Shown here: piece by piece, positions 6,530 through 15,051 of the stretch | How the letters are laid out: the number at the start of each line of letters is the position of its first letter | How positions within the stretch are numbered: the first letter of the stretch is position 1 | From: a virus | Taxonomy: Duplodnaviria; Caudoviricetes | Length of the DNA: 64,000 nt | Virus record (IMG/VR): IMGVR_UViG_3300050334_000106 | Span: 1 to 64,000 of that record | Reading direction: 5' to 3' (one strand) | Made by a program: the position numbers and the translations under genes | The notes under the pieces: generated by a model | Database searches by the model: none | What the model was told of the DNA's origin: nothing | What the model saw: the letters and a program-made list of their open reading frames with translations, nothing else

Positions 6530-6947
6530 GGTGCCTGAATCCTTTTACAGTTTATTTGGAGTTGCGCGCATGCTTGGGATTTCAAGAGGAACGATTGCTA
6601 AGTTTGATAAAGGAACGCCTTCTGTGATAAAAGAACTTGAACCTATTGCCCACCTTTTTGTTTGCTTTGAAGAAGAAGGCCGAAAGACCTGGGCAATTAA
6701 GAAAAGCCATTTTGATAAATGGCAGAGAACCGGCAAGGTTCCAAAGGTGAGTTCAGGCAGACCTCCAAGATGGAAAAACAATCCTGATTATGACAATATC
6801 AATATCCCGGTTCCTAAAAAGCTTTATGATGAATTTAAGCAGGTTGTTGATAATGGAAATGCTTTATCGGCTGTAAAATATAGTTATAGGGACATGATTT
6901 ACGTGGCTATGCAGGAATTCTGTAATCGTCGTCCTAACTTAAAATAA
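6522..6947 (+). CDS. DNA-binding protein: excisionase-like HTH plus a C-terminal RHH-like segment
   Basis: YSLFGVARMLGISRGTIAKF; NINIPVPKKLYDEFKQ...YRDMIYVAMQEF; likely start ATG 6522. Confidence 0.6.
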   Translation: MFKVPESFYSLFGVARMLGISRGTIAKFDKGTPSVIKELEPIAHLFVCFEEEGRKTWAIKKSHFDKWQRTGKVPKVSSGRPPRWKNNPDYDNINIPVPKKLYDEFKQVVDNGNALSAVKYSYRDMIYVAMQEFCNRRPNLK

Positions 6948-6963
6948 TTTGTGTGGTGATAAT

Positions 6964-7692
6964 ATGAATTCGCTTTATAGAAAATGCAATGGATGCGGCA
7001 ATACCTATCCTGTGACCTCCGAATTTTTCACTAAAAATAGTAGCGTTAAATCTGGTTTTTATTCTTTGTGCAAACAGTGTAAGGCCGATCGGGATTTACA
7101 ATACCGGATACAAAACAAAGATAAAAAGAGAGTGACTGACAAAGCTTATAGAGAAAAGAATAAGGAGACTGTCAGTGAAAGACAAAAAGCATATTATTAC
7201 GAAAACCATGAAGCAGAAAAGCTTAAAAGAAAAAACTATTATTATGCGAACAAAGAGAAAATGATTGAACAACATAAAGAATATGTATCTCAAAACATCA
7301 ATGTTGTTAGAAAATATAAGAAAAAATGGCGTAAAAATAATCCTGAAAAGTTGGCTATCATTGCTCATAACAGAAGATCTCAAAAAAAGAGTCTTGAATA
7401 CTCCTTAACTCCAGAACAGTGGAAACATTGTCTGGAGTTTTTTAATTACAGAGATGCTTATACCGGATTACCTATGTCGACTATAAGTCAAGACCACATT
7501 GTTCCTTTGGCTAAAGGTGGAACATATACATCAGATAATATTGTTCCGTGTGAAATCAATGTCAATTGTAGTAAACAAGATTCAGATATGGAGAGTTGGT
7601 TTAGAAAACAGCCATATTTTTCAGAACATAGACTAAAAAGAATCTATGAGTGGATAAGAAAAAATAAGTTATCCATTGCAATTGGCGGGTGA
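6964..7692 (+). CDS. HNH endonuclease
   Basis: N-terminal CxxC pairs; QDHIVPLAKGGTYTSDNIVPCEINVNCSK. Confidence 0.9.
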   Translation: MNSLYRKCNGCGNTYPVTSEFFTKNSSVKSGFYSLCKQCKADRDLQYRIQNKDKKRVTDKAYREKNKETVSERQKAYYYENHEAEKLKRKNYYYANKEKMIEQHKEYVSQNINVVRKYKKKWRKNNPEKLAIIAHNRRSQKKSLEYSLTPEQWKHCLEFFNYRDAYTGLPMSTISQDHIVPLAKGGTYTSDNIVPCEINVNCSKQDSDMESWFRKQPYFSEHRLKRIYEWIRKNKLSIAIGG

Positions 7693-7696
7693 TACT

Positions 7697-8248
7697 ATGG
7701 CAAACAAACCAAAGTCTAAAATTACAAAAAAGTCTGTGACAAAACCACAGCCAGAAGTCTTTCCTGTAGATATTTTTGAACCGAGCCCACTTGAAACCGA
7801 GCTTTTGCCTGTTAACCCCCTCCTCCAACCTCCGGTTATTACAGTAGATTATGAGAATGAGCAAAAGGTTCAAATGATAACTGAAATTGAATCATTGGCC
7901 CAGATAAATAAGCAGCAATTAGCTGTAAAACGGCAGCAGGTTGAACTTGAAGTTGACAATAAAAAGCTTGATACTGCGAAGAAAACAATCGGAGCAGTTG
8001 AGAAAATAATTGATTCTGTACTTTCAAAAGAAACTCTGGACCGTGTTTCAAAAAACATTAATACTCCTATGGACATGAAATTCATGGCTGAGGCTGCGGA
8101 ACGATTAACCGGCACACTTAAAAACCTCATGAACCGAAATTCCATGGATGAATTCGGGACCAAGAAAAAACAAAAGATTAATTTCATGTTCAAGAGCTCC
8201 GGGACAGTCCAGGGAGCAATTCAGATTGACAATTCAGATGATGAATAG
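7697..8248 (+). CDS. Hypothetical protein, possible terminase small subunit
   Basis: Coiled-coil protein in the packaging module; call rests on position only. Confidence 0.4.
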   Translation: MANKPKSKITKKSVTKPQPEVFPVDIFEPSPLETELLPVNPLLQPPVITVDYENEQKVQMITEIESLAQINKQQLAVKRQQVELEVDNKKLDTAKKTIGAVEKIIDSVLSKETLDRVSKNINTPMDMKFMAEAAERLTGTLKNLMNRNSMDEFGTKKKQKINFMFKSSGTVQGAIQIDNSDDE

Positions 8249-8259
8249 TGGTGATTTAC

Positions 8260-8796
8260 ATGGTTGACTTTTATAGATATACAGATAAAGAGCTTCAATC
8301 TCTGCTTAAGAGTATTAATATAATTATGGATACCCGGGAGCAAGAAAATGGGCATATTATAAAATGGCTGACTGAAAAGAAAATTCCATATGTCACTCAG
8401 AAAATCGAATCCGGTGATTATAGTTTCTTCCTCCCTGCTACTCCTGAATTAGGAATAGTCAGGGATTTGTATTTTACGGATAAAATCAGCATTGAGCGTA
8501 AAGGTGATCTCGTTGAGCTCTCCGGAAACTTTACCAATGACCGGCTCAGAATTGAATCGGAGTTTATCAGAAAGAAAGGCAAGATGCTTCTCCTTATTGA
8601 GGATGCCGAATACACGGATATCATTAAACACAATTACCGGACGGAATATAAGCCTGAATCCTTCCTTGCTACATTACACAGCTTCAGTGAAAGATACGAT
8701 ATCCCCTTTTATTTTATGAAAGATAAAAAGTGCTCTGGGCAGTTCATTTATTATACGTTTTACTATTGGCTTAGAAATTATCTGCTACATAAATGA
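8260..8796 (+). CDS. ERCC4/XPF-domain nuclease
   Basis: IIMDTREQ, GDYSF and ISIERKGDLVEL motifs. Confidence 0.85.
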   Translation: MVDFYRYTDKELQSLLKSINIIMDTREQENGHIIKWLTEKKIPYVTQKIESGDYSFFLPATPELGIVRDLYFTDKISIERKGDLVELSGNFTNDRLRIESEFIRKKGKMLLLIEDAEYTDIIKHNYRTEYKPESFLATLHSFSERYDIPFYFMKDKKCSGQFIYYTFYYWLRNYLLHK

Positions 8797-8811
8797 TTGG
8801 AGGTGGCTCAG

Positions 8812-8913
8812 ATGAAAGAAATAATTATTTTAATATTAATAGTTTGGGCATTAACTTGTATCATAGATGCATTAAGCAGCCCTACTTTAGCACCTCCAAA
8901 TGAGGATGAATAG
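8812..8913 (+). CDS. 33-aa single-TM membrane peptide; absent from the ORF track
   Basis: GGAGGT RBS; MKEIIILILIVWALTCIIDALS. Confidence 0.5.
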   Translation: MKEIIILILIVWALTCIIDALSSPTLAPPNEDE

Positions 8914-8914
8914 T

Positions 8915-9064
8915 ATGATTACATTAAAATTCTGCAAATGGTGTGAATGGCAAAACCTTGAGGTTGTGGAGCTTGAGACTTATAAGGATTTCTTTGAATA
9001 TTATTATAAAAATTCAGGAAAAGGCTGCATCTTCGACGTGAAAGATGACGGCGATACAAAATAA
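8915..9064 (+). CDS. 49-aa hypothetical protein; absent from the ORF track
   Basis: Coupled to the preceding stop; MITLKFCKWCEW... Confidence 0.45.
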   Translation: MITLKFCKWCEWQNLEVVELETYKDFFEYYYKNSGKGCIFDVKDDGDTK

Positions 9065-9086
9065 AAATTAAATTGGAGGCGGTTTT

Positions 9087-9581
9087 ATGAGAGAGGTTTG
9101 CAAAGGATTGTGGTGTGGTGACGAGAATTCATATGCCCCTACAATCACCAATGGTGAATGGGCGGAAGTTTTTGCGGCAAAAGAGCCTATGCATAGGCAT
9201 ATGGTAGGATATACGGGGCGTGGTTGCCCAAAAGATTCCCCATACTACTTTTTTATTGAGCGCGACCATGTGCTTGCTTTAAACATTGTAGATGCCCCTG
9301 ACCCGAAATTTTTTGACAAGGGAATGATTGATAAGGCTTTGGATTTCATAGAACAGAAATTGAAAGAAGGTCGCAACGTACAGGTCCGTTGCAATGAGGG
9401 TCGTAGCAGGTCAGCGTCAATTTGCCTGCTCTACCTCATTAAACACGGCATCATCAAAGACGATACGTTGGAGGATTGCGAAGCTCAGTTCATGAAAGTG
9501 TATCCTGAATATAATCCTGGCGCCGGCATGAGGGCATTCGTTAAGGAATATTGGAGAGTGCTTAGAAGGATTGACAAATAA
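9087..9581 (+). CDS. Dual-specificity/tyrosine phosphatase-like protein
   Basis: CX5R loop VRCNEGRSRSAS; upstream DAPD acid loop. Confidence 0.8.
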   Translation: MREVCKGLWCGDENSYAPTITNGEWAEVFAAKEPMHRHMVGYTGRGCPKDSPYYFFIERDHVLALNIVDAPDPKFFDKGMIDKALDFIEQKLKEGRNVQVRCNEGRSRSASICLLYLIKHGIIKDDTLEDCEAQFMKVYPEYNPGAGMRAFVKEYWRVLRRIDK

Positions 9582-9739
9582 TTAATCATTTCAGAAAAAA
9601 ATAGTATTCATCTTTTATATGGTATTTTGGCTCTCATTTGGGTAACAATTAGTATAAGACTTTAATATACTACATTAACTAAACCTCATTAAATAATATG
9701 TAGTTAAATATGTAGAAAAAAGGCGGTGATTATGTTAAA

Positions 9740-11719
9740 ATGTCAAATGAGGTGTTGATTGATATGGATAATCCTAGCGCTCTTGTGACAGTAGCAATGC
9801 TATCCTCCTTGCTAAATAAGGAAAAAAGAGAATATTTAGACATAATAACGCCATTTGTACTTAATTTATTACCTAAAAAGAAAGACGAAAAGGTTAATAG
9901 ACTGATTGTATTAGATAATTTAAAGTTAGAGTATGGATTTGAAGATATGCCTTCACACGTTTTAACATCCATACTCTCTCGTCTTGCTAATCGGAACCAA
10001 GGCATACTGCTAAAAAAAGATCATGAATATTTTGTTAAAAAGGTATTTGATTCTACTAAGTTTGACGAAAACCGTCTTAAGATGAAGGAACTTATTGAAA
10101 ATGTACTTGAATCGCTAATGGTATATTTTCACACTTACACTTCATATAAAAATATTTCCAAAGAAGAAACACAGAAGAGATTTATCATGTTTTTGAGTTA
10201 TTATGGTTACTCTGTAATTAAAGATATTAGTTTTCTTAAATCCATAACAATACATACAGATCAGAATAATTATTTTGTGGCAAGATTTATTTTAGAAGAA
10301 TATAAAAATGATACAGCAGTTTTTTATAAATTATTGGAGATCATTAAAGGATTTTTAGTATATAAATCCATATATTTCTTTAGTACCGAGCAGAAAAAAA
10401 CTATGAAATCAAAACTTAAAGGTACAATTGTGTATTTTGATACTCGTTTATTAATTCATGCTTTAGGATATAACCGGGACGAAGATAAACTTGCTACCAG
10501 GGAACTGATACGCCTTATTTACGAAAGTGGTGGTGAGGTAAAGACTTTTTCTCATAATAAAGATGAATTAGCTGGAATCCTCACAAAATACGCCAGGGAC
10601 AGAGATTCAAGAAATAGCTTGAGTCTTGATTATTTTAATGTTAATTGCTATGATGAAACTGATGTTATTCGGCTACGTGATTCACTATCAATAAATCTTG
10701 AACGCATCAAAATTTATGTTGTTGATACTCCAGAATATGGTGTTGTAGATGGATCTGACGTGGATAATAAAGGGTTTTTAGATCTAAAAGAGTTAAAAAA
10801 CAAACTTGAGCAAAATCTCAGAAATTTTGGGAAAACGCCAAAAGAAACTAGTATAGAGAAAGATATAGAGTCTATTTCGGCTATAAGCAGACTTAGAGGA
10901 AGGGCCTGTCCCTATAGTATCGAGAATTGCAAAGCTATATTTGTAACTACTAATTCAATAATATTACGCACATTGTATGATCTTTATAGTGAACGTTTCT
11001 CAAAAGGAGAAATATGTTTTGCAATAATGGAAGTTGATTTAACTGCTGTCCTATGGTTAAAGAGTTTTGACAAACAAACAAATTTGCCTTGTTTGAAACT
11101 TCTTGAAAATGCTTATGCTGCTTGTTGTCCTTCTCAAGAGGTTATGACTTCTTTTGTGGAAAAAGTCATCCAATTGGAACGTGAAGGTAAAATTTCTGAT
11201 GAAGAGGCTCTTTTATTAAGAACTCAACATTCAGTTAAACAAGATATTCTCGACCTTTCCGAGAACAATTTAAACAAAATTTCACCAGAATTAGTTATTA
11301 AAGTAAAAGAACGTTTCGTAAATGCAATTAGTAAAGAAAACCAAACTCGCATTGATGCGTTGGTTGAAGAAAATAACAAATATAAACAAACAAGAGCGCA
11401 AGCATATGATATTGCAGAGAAAGAGTCAATAGATGAAAGCTCATTATTTGAACGTAGGTTGACTCGCGCGTCTAAAATTAGCTTTGGAATCATTGGGATT
11501 GTATCAATAGTACTAACTGTTTATAGTTGCGTTTTTACAAATATTAGCCTAATTGCTTTAAGTATTCTTATTGTAATTCCTAGCGTTATTGGACTTATAG
11601 ATACTCTTAAATCTAAATTTGGTATTGTATCGAAATATATTGTGCGAGCTAAACAGAAGCGATTTGATAAATTATATAGTCAAAAGATGAAACAAATTGA
11701 TCGATACTATTCACTATAA
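9740..11719 (+). CDS. AT-rich moron: putative PIN-like nuclease domain with two C-terminal TM helices
   Basis: VYFDTRLLIHALG, NKDEL, KDIESISAI and IFVTTN resemble PIN acidic motifs; two hydrophobic stretches near the C-terminus. Confidence 0.55.
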   Translation: MSNEVLIDMDNPSALVTVAMLSSLLNKEKREYLDIITPFVLNLLPKKKDEKVNRLIVLDNLKLEYGFEDMPSHVLTSILSRLANRNQGILLKKDHEYFVKKVFDSTKFDENRLKMKELIENVLESLMVYFHTYTSYKNISKEETQKRFIMFLSYYGYSVIKDISFLKSITIHTDQNNYFVARFILEEYKNDTAVFYKLLEIIKGFLVYKSIYFFSTEQKKTMKSKLKGTIVYFDTRLLIHALGYNRDEDKLATRELIRLIYESGGEVKTFSHNKDELAGILTKYARDRDSRNSLSLDYFNVNCYDETDVIRLRDSLSINLERIKIYVVDTPEYGVVDGSDVDNKGFLDLKELKNKLEQNLRNFGKTPKETSIEKDIESISAISRLRGRACPYSIENCKAIFVTTNSIILRTLYDLYSERFSKGEICFAIMEVDLTAVLWLKSFDKQTNLPCLKLLENAYAACCPSQEVMTSFVEKVIQLEREGKISDEEALLLRTQHSVKQDILDLSENNLNKISPELVIKVKERFVNAISKENQTRIDALVEENNKYKQTRAQAYDIAEKESIDESSLFERRLTRASKISFGIIGIVSIVLTVYSCVFTNISLIALSILIVIPSVIGLIDTLKSKFGIVSKYIVRAKQKRFDKLYSQKMKQIDRYYSL

Positions 11720-11786
11720 TATAACTCAATATTCCAGTCTTGTCATATAATTTTTAATTTAAAAATTGAAATAGTATAATAATATT

Positions 11787-11811
11787 AGCACCTCTAAGAA
11801 GGTGCTTTTTT
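11787..11811 (+). terminator. Intrinsic terminator
   Basis: AGCACCT-CTAAGA-AGGTGCT-TTTT. Confidence 0.75.
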
Positions 11812-11845
11812 AATGCCCAAAAATTAAAATCAAAGGAGTGATTTT

Positions 11846-12586
11846 ATGATTCAGTTAACCGAAAAGCAGCAAGAAATTATTGATTCTCCTGCCAGAGTAA
11901 AGCTTGCCATAGGCGGATACCGCAGCGGCAAAACAATACTTGCGATAATGAACCTATGGAACAACATGAAGCAATTTAATAGTCCTTCCTTTAGAGGAAT
12001 ATTTCTAGTAAATAGCGATAGCCTTGTAAGATATTCTTTAAGAGAATTTAAGAGAGTACTTCCTGCTGCTAGCATTACTGCCATAATGAATGAGCATGGA
12101 AATGTGCTCATAAAGACTAAATTAGGGAGAATTGTTATCGCAAAAGAGCTTGTGCCTGTAAATTTTGATAATATCACAATCGACAACGCGTCAAGCAATA
12201 AGTATGCCAATCCAGAGATTTTAAAAGCATGGAGTAAAATTTATATCACCGGTCATCTACCTGATGATATCGATAATCAGTTTTTTAAATGGTGGCTTAA
12301 AGAATATTTCTCTGATACGGATGGGGTTTCTGCTTTTAGAATCACGGAAACCTTTATGGATGTCCATGGCAAAGAAGGTGGTTTAATTTCTGTCATTGGC
12401 ATTAACCGATTTAACAGAGGCTATAATGCAATACCTGATTATGTGGATTATGGTTCTGAGGAAAGACGGCAGCAAATGTATAGACGAGAATATCTTGCTG
12501 AATTCACAGACAAAATTGAAAATAGTGAAATCGGTTTTGATTTTAAGGCTCCATACTCCATGGGCTTTGACAAAGCTAAAGAATAA
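11846..12586 (+). CDS. Terminase large subunit-like protein, ATPase domain only
   Basis: LTEKQQEI; Walker A GGYRSGKT; degenerate Walker B ITIDNAS; YRREYLAEF; no nuclease domain. Confidence 0.75.
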   Translation: MIQLTEKQQEIIDSPARVKLAIGGYRSGKTILAIMNLWNNMKQFNSPSFRGIFLVNSDSLVRYSLREFKRVLPAASITAIMNEHGNVLIKTKLGRIVIAKELVPVNFDNITIDNASSNKYANPEILKAWSKIYITGHLPDDIDNQFFKWWLKEYFSDTDGVSAFRITETFMDVHGKEGGLISVIGINRFNRGYNAIPDYVDYGSEERRQQMYRREYLAEFTDKIENSEIGFDFKAPYSMGFDKAKE

Positions 12587-12636
12587 ATAATATTTCAGCA
12601 CTAATGAGAGTGCTTCTTTCATTGGTGGTGATATCT

Positions 12637-14199
12637 ATGCCCCGAAAAGGCGGTTCAGTAAGTATTATAACGCAAAAGAACGAAAAACTTATTCAGCACT
12701 CAACAAGTGAGAGAGTTGCTATTTGTGAACAGTGCGGGAAACCATTCACCCAGATTTACCGCTCTGAGTACGATTCTTACACATCTTTCAGAACATGTGG
12801 CTCTTGTCGTATGGCAAATGCTCGGGGCGGTATCAACATTGCTGCTGATTATACTCCGCATTGGGGCCAACAGTTAATCCATGATTCAACTGCCAGATTT
12901 AAAGTAATTGCAGCTGGAGCTCGTTGGGGTAAAGACCGATGTTCAATCATGGAAGGCATTGATTATTTTATAAAATGCCTCAATGAGGACCGTGGTTCTG
13001 ACATGGTCCCTCATGCTTTGTGGTGGATAATTGCTCCTACAGAAAAAGTTGCAAACCAGAACTGGCGTGAGCTTACGCACAACCTGCCGAAAGAAATTGT
13101 TGTTGATGTTTCCAAAACAACAAGAACCATTGAAACAGTAAATGGCGGTGTTATTGAAGTCCATTCTGCATACGATCCTGAAGCTCTGGTCGGTGTTGGT
13201 CTTGATATCGTCACAATAACAGAGGCTGCCAGAATTGCAGATATGGAAGATGTATGGTCAAACCTTGAAGCCCGTCTTAATTCTCCCGGCCGTGGCCTTG
13301 AGGGAAAAGGTGGAGTTGCACTGATCAACTCTTCCCCGCTCGGGATGAATTATTTCTATAAAATGTGGAAATGGGGACAAAAAAGCACTTCTGATTGGGA
13401 TCCCGATTGGGAAAGCTGGCAGTTCACTACTTGGGATAATCCCTATATGGCCGAGAGAGGTAATCAAATTACAAAGAACGGCCGGACATATCGTGAAAAC
13501 CTTGAACGCAGAATGTCTAAGAATAGATATCGTCAGGATTACCTTGCTGAGTTCATTGCTGATATAAATTCCGTTTTCCCGAATTACGAAAGAGTCATGA
13601 TAAAAGCACCTGCAGGCTTGACCGATGAGCAAGTCAATGAATTCTGGCGCAAATGGGAAGAACCTGAACCATTCGAAACATATACAATCGGATATGACCC
13701 GGCTTCAAAGGGTGATGGAAAACCAGCTATAATCAGAAACAGCAAAGGCCGGGTTGTTAAGATAGATCAAATGGTTGGTCTTGGTTGGGATTCACAGTGG
13801 GACAGAATAGCCTTTTATTCCCGATTATATAACGGAGCTTCAGTTAATTTTGGGCAGACTGGTATCGGTGAAACCATTGGTTCACAGCTTATAAAAAGAG
13901 GGTTAACGGTCTTCCCTATCAACGAGCAAGGCCGAAATAAGGAAAAGCTGGTTGATGATTTCTCTATTGTGGTTGAGCAGCAATGGTGTGAAATCCCTTG
14001 GAGCCAGGAAACAGAAAATCAGTTAAAAGGTTATATCTCAGTGAATCGGCCCGGACAGTCAACACAATATCATAACGGAACAGATAGTGACTACGACGAT
14101 ATTGTCAGTGGTCTTTATTTTTGTTTTGCTGACTTTCAGGCTCCTGCATTGGTCTTACCAGGTATGTTCCGGATGAGCGGTGTTGTGAGGGCAAGTTAA
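12637..14199 (+). CDS. terL: Terminase large subunit with an N-terminal Zn finger
   Basis: CEQC...CGSC; PHWGQ; GARWGKD; ITEAA; NSSPLG; YRQDYLAEF; nuclease IGYDPA and DDIVSGL. Confidence 0.95.
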   Translation: MPRKGGSVSIITQKNEKLIQHSTSERVAICEQCGKPFTQIYRSEYDSYTSFRTCGSCRMANARGGINIAADYTPHWGQQLIHDSTARFKVIAAGARWGKDRCSIMEGIDYFIKCLNEDRGSDMVPHALWWIIAPTEKVANQNWRELTHNLPKEIVVDVSKTTRTIETVNGGVIEVHSAYDPEALVGVGLDIVTITEAARIADMEDVWSNLEARLNSPGRGLEGKGGVALINSSPLGMNYFYKMWKWGQKSTSDWDPDWESWQFTTWDNPYMAERGNQITKNGRTYRENLERRMSKNRYRQDYLAEFIADINSVFPNYERVMIKAPAGLTDEQVNEFWRKWEEPEPFETYTIGYDPASKGDGKPAIIRNSKGRVVKIDQMVGLGWDSQWDRIAFYSRLYNGASVNFGQTGIGETIGSQLIKRGLTVFPINEQGRNKEKLVDDFSIVVEQQWCEIPWSQETENQLKGYISVNRPGQSTQYHNGTDSDYDDIVSGLYFCFADFQAPALVLPGMFRMSGVVRAS

Positions 14200-14334
14200 C
14201 AAGTTAATAAATTTTGCATGCCGTGAATAACGGGGACTTAGTTATGGGTCCGGCCCAAACCTCCAGGCCATCCTTCCTACGTGCGGCATGCATTTTACAT
14301 ATTTGGAGGTCAAATAAAATTAGGAGGCGATTAT

Positions 14335-14661
14335 ATGGAAAGTGAAAGAACTAAAGCTGCCAGAGAAAGGCTTACCCAATCCATAAAAAATGCTAGTCCA
14401 GAAACAAGGAAAGCTCTCAAAGAAGCTCTGGAAGAAACCAGGAAACATTTCCAGAAGCCAGAAGTCATTCAAGAATTATCATCAAATCTGAATAAAATTA
14501 AAACCGCTTTTGACAGCGGGAAGGTCAAAAAAATCACTGAGCAGTTTAAAGTAAAACATGGTCTATCTGGCAGCACAAAGTTGACTGATGATATGAAAAG
14601 AAAGCTTGTTGAAGAATTGGTAAATGGAATTATTGGAGGCGGACCCCATGAAAAAATGTAA
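14335..14661 (+). CDS. Hypothetical helical protein
   Basis: AGGAGG RBS before MESERTK. Confidence 0.6.
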   Translation: MESERTKAARERLTQSIKNASPETRKALKEALEETRKHFQKPEVIQELSSNLNKIKTAFDSGKVKKITEQFKVKHGLSGSTKLTDDMKRKLVEELVNGIIGGGPHEKM

Positions 14662-14768
14662 TTTTTGCTACCTAAAAAACGCAAAGCCGTGTTATGAGTG
14701 TTCGGCCTGTATGAGCGGAGACGACCACTTTAGACCACTTCCCAAAGAACTAACGGAGGTTGACGAAA

Positions 14769-15041
14769 ATGAAACTGAATCTTGATAATAATCTCCTCGA
14801 TTTAAGAGGAGCTCCGCAGGATAAACTTCTGTGCGAAATACTGGCCGATATTTTGGCAACATCAAGCACAAGCCGACCAGCTCAGACTATGGCCTGGGCT
14901 TATGACCTGATAAAGAGTGGTGAAATTGAGATTTCCAAGGATGATATCGCCTTTATCGTTGACCTTATAATAAGGAGCCAGAGTTTTATTGATTTGGCAA
15001 AGGCTCAGTTGCTTGAAGAAATAGAAAAGCTGAAGGATTGA
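14769..15041 (+). CDS. Hypothetical phage protein
   Basis: GGAGGT RBS; ORF between terL and portal. Confidence 0.65.
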   Translation: MKLNLDNNLLDLRGAPQDKLLCEILADILATSSTSRPAQTMAWAYDLIKSGEIEISKDDIAFIVDLIIRSQSFIDLAKAQLLEEIEKLKD

Positions 15042-15051
15042 AGGTGATAAA

